A stretch of DNA of 50,984 bases, the filler included, from Trypethelium eluteriae (lineage: Eukaryota): assembly GCA_051942245.1 (NCBI GenBank). It is 2 parts of 2 records of this genome, joined end to end, with 100 filler letters (N's around TTAATTAATTAA, not from the genome) between each part and the next. Parts side by side here need not be neighbours in the genome. Positions count along the whole stretch, not along the records: positions 25,561 to 50,984 come from JAVECL010000375.1; 1 more part is not named here. One strand, given 5' to 3'. Positions 48,396 through 50,984 of this stretch are shown piece by piece; the first letter of the stretch is position 1, and the number at the start of each line of letters is the position of its first letter. Below the pieces are notes generated by a model. It worked only from the letters and a program-made list of their open reading frames with translations, had not been told where the DNA came from and made no database searches. The position numbers were made by a program, and so were the translations under genes.

Positions 48396-50021
48396 ATGGC
48401 AGACTCTATGCAAGGCGTCGTAGAGGCTGATAGCGTGCACAAAGATGAGAACGTGGTGGATGGCGTCGACGCAATCGATCAAGTTGTATCCGGTAAGCTT
48501 CCATACTGTTCTGTGTCTACGAGCTCCTCCATGCGCCAGGAAAATCTAGCCTTTAGTCCTCGAGGCATATGCTGATCGAAATGTGCTTCAGATATCAGCT
48601 CCAACCTCGGTCTCTTAGAGAAAGCCGTCGCCCAGTTCGACTCTCGCTTTGCCTTGCGTGCCCTGAGATCCATCTCCCTCCTCCGAAAGAGACAATCAGA
48701 CAAGGTCCTTCGTCGGGCGATCGCATCCATATACTCAGCTGATAGCTCGGTCGGCAAACAACTTACGAGTGTGCTGGAAAACGATGACAGTATGGATGAA
48801 GATACGCCCATCGACAACGCGAAGAAATCCAAGGCAAGCAGCAAGGACTCGATACCAGAGGTTGAGGTTTATTTCTCGATTCTCATACAAGTCTACCTCT
48901 ATGATAAGAAGAAGTTTGATGTCGGGGCCAAATTCTCTGAGCAGCTTGTCGACAAGATACGCGAGTACAACCGAAGAACCTTGGACTCTCTTGCCGCAAG
49001 GGCCTACTTCTACTTTGCTCTCTTCCATGAACAGCTTGATCCAAAACCTCCTTCTCGGCAGTCTCCTGTCATTTCAATCCGTGGCCGGCTGCTTGCAGCC
49101 CTCAGAAGTGCAGTGCTACGCAAAGATCAAGACACCCAAGCAGCGGTACTGACTCTGCTCCTTCGTAATTACATTTCGACCGCCGATATCACCCAAGCAG
49201 ACCTCCTCGTTGCACAAACTCAATTTCCGGCTACAGCACCCAACAACCAAGTTGCTCGATATCTATACTACCTCGGCCGCATACGCGCAGTACAGTTGTC
49301 GTACACAGAAGCTCATGAACATCTCGTGAGCGCCACTCGGAAATCTCCTACTAGCTCTGTCGCGGCAGGGTTCTACCAAGCATCGACGAAGCTGCTGATC
49401 GTTATTGAACTACTAATGGGCGACATCCCTGACCGTGCCGTCTTCCGACAACCCAGCCTCGAAATACCCTTAGAGCCGTACTTCAAGCTGGTCCAAGCCG
49501 TCCGTGTTGGTGATTTACAAGGCTTCATCAAGGTCGTCCAAACTAACGGATCTACCTTTCGCCGCGATGGCACCTACACCCTAATTCTCCGTCTCAGGCA
49601 AAATGTCATCAAAACTGGTCTTCGAATGCTTTCCCTCTCCTACTCCCGCATTTCCCTCCGTGATATCTGCATCCGTCTCGGTGTCGAGAGTGAAGAATCA
49701 GCTGAATATATTGTTGCGAAGGCTATTCGTGATGGGGTGATTGAAGCGAGCATTGATCACGAAAAAGGTTTCATGCAGAGCAAGCAAGCAGGCGACGTGT
49801 ATGCAACGAGGGAACCAGCAGAGGCATTCCATGAGCGGATTAGAGCGTGTCTGTCTTTGCATGATGAAAGTGTTAAAGCTATGAGATTTCCGATGAATCA
49901 GCATCGGCTAGAGCTTAAGACGGCGCAGGAGGCAAGGGAACGGGAGAGGGAGCTAGCGAAGGAGATCCAGGAGGGGGATATTGATGAAGACGATGCTGCG
50001 GGAGATTTTGAGGGACTGTGA
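48396..50021 (+). CDS. RPN3: 26S proteasome lid subunit Rpn3
   Basis: Exon 48396-48492, intron 48493-48591, then NRRTLD, NNQVARYLYYLGRI, LRQNVIKTG, EYIVAKAIRDGVIEA, SVKAMRFP. Confidence 0.96.
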
Positions 50022-50275
50022 AATAGTTGATGTATCCTTAATTGAGTTGTATTCTAGATCGGTGCTTCCTAATATATAGACATGATCGAGATGGCTCGAG
50101 CCTTCTTTGTTGCTTACAGCCTGTAATGTTTCAAGCTAATCCCCCTTGACCTCACCCCACGACCCTTTGGGAACTACAAGCTTGAGTACTCAATGACATA
50201 CTCGACATGTTCGCACGTGGTGCAAATAGCTAAAAATTCAAAGTCTCTGTCACGATCAGTGACGATGATGGAAAT

Positions 50276-50984
50276 ATGATCGATCCTTCCGCTCGGCTAC
50301 GTCGTGCTATCCTGCTGCGCGACCTTGAGTTGGTGGAACGCATCGTCCGAAACAACCACGATTTGATACAAAATCCGGATTTTGAAGATAAGAGCAATAC
50401 AAGTCTTCACCTGGCTGCCAGAGAAGGCTCGGTAGAAATTGCGGTGAGTTGGTCCTCTTGCACTCTCGGTCATCATACTTTGTCCTTCGAATCTCTTTAG
50501 AAATGCTTTTTACTTTCCTCATACGAAGAAAAATGAATGCTCTTCTCTACATTCGTCTTTTCGTTAAAGCAACTGTCATGCACATGCGCATCATTGGGTA
50601 AAATTTCTAAGACTCGAGTCAGGACTTCCTCATACGCGCCGGCCACGAAGACAGCTGTATCTCACGCAATGCTGACGGCGACACACCCCTCATGGTCGCA
50701 GCGGCATCAGAGAAAGTCGAAGTTGGTGAACTGCTGATAAGGCATTTTCCACGATGTGTATCGTGGCAGAATAAAGCTGGCTGTGATGCCGTAAGTCTTC
50801 GTCTCTATCCGCTCTATCCATCAATCCTGCATCTGTCGTCATCCTCCCCTTTCATACCTCCAATTCCACTGGGACCAGTACTACTCATAACTCATCCCAA
50901 CCCACCAAGCCATCACCGCACTAACATCCGCACCCCTTACAGCTCATGCTCTCCGCCCGCCACGAGCCCTCCACCCCCTTAATC
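50276..50984 (+). CDS. AVO2: Ankyrin-repeat protein, TORC2 subunit Avo2-like (runs off the window)
   Basis: MIDPSARLRRAI..NTSLHLAA; intron 50444-50622; GHED..SRNADGDTPLMVAA; intron 50791-50943. Confidence 0.75.

Overview
Gene-dense eukaryotic DNA from a filamentous ascomycete (Pezizomycotina; Dothideomycete-like is a guess), with short GT-AG introns and CTRAY-type branch sites. I reconstructed 23 protein genes plus one gap-truncated gene fragment by hand-splicing: a coiled-coil protein, RPL30, RPL10, a divergent pair of fungal orphan genes (one with a PD-(D/E)xK-like motif), an ACS-family MFS transporter, PYM1, QCR9, UBR1, a Trf4/Cid1-like nucleotidyltransferase, a GST fragment, a CSR1-like CRAL-TRIO protein, DAM1, YTP1, JJJ1, an SPX-RING E3, a polysaccharide deacetylase, an MCH-type MFS, an EI24/Rrt8-like protein, a GST, SCOT, SPC34, RPN3 and AVO2. 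An artificial scaffold linker sits at 25461-25560. Two non-coding signals stand out. (1) A ~2.6 kb stretch between YTP1 and JJJ1 has no credible gene but is packed with nested and long-range helices. It looks like a long structured RNA, possibly telomerase RNA, but has no canonical TTAGGG template. (2) RPL30 intron 3 holds a textbook kink-turn between two competing branch/3' splice sites, suggesting an eL30 autoregulatory splicing switch. All calls come from reading the sequence by eye; no searches or folding programs were run.
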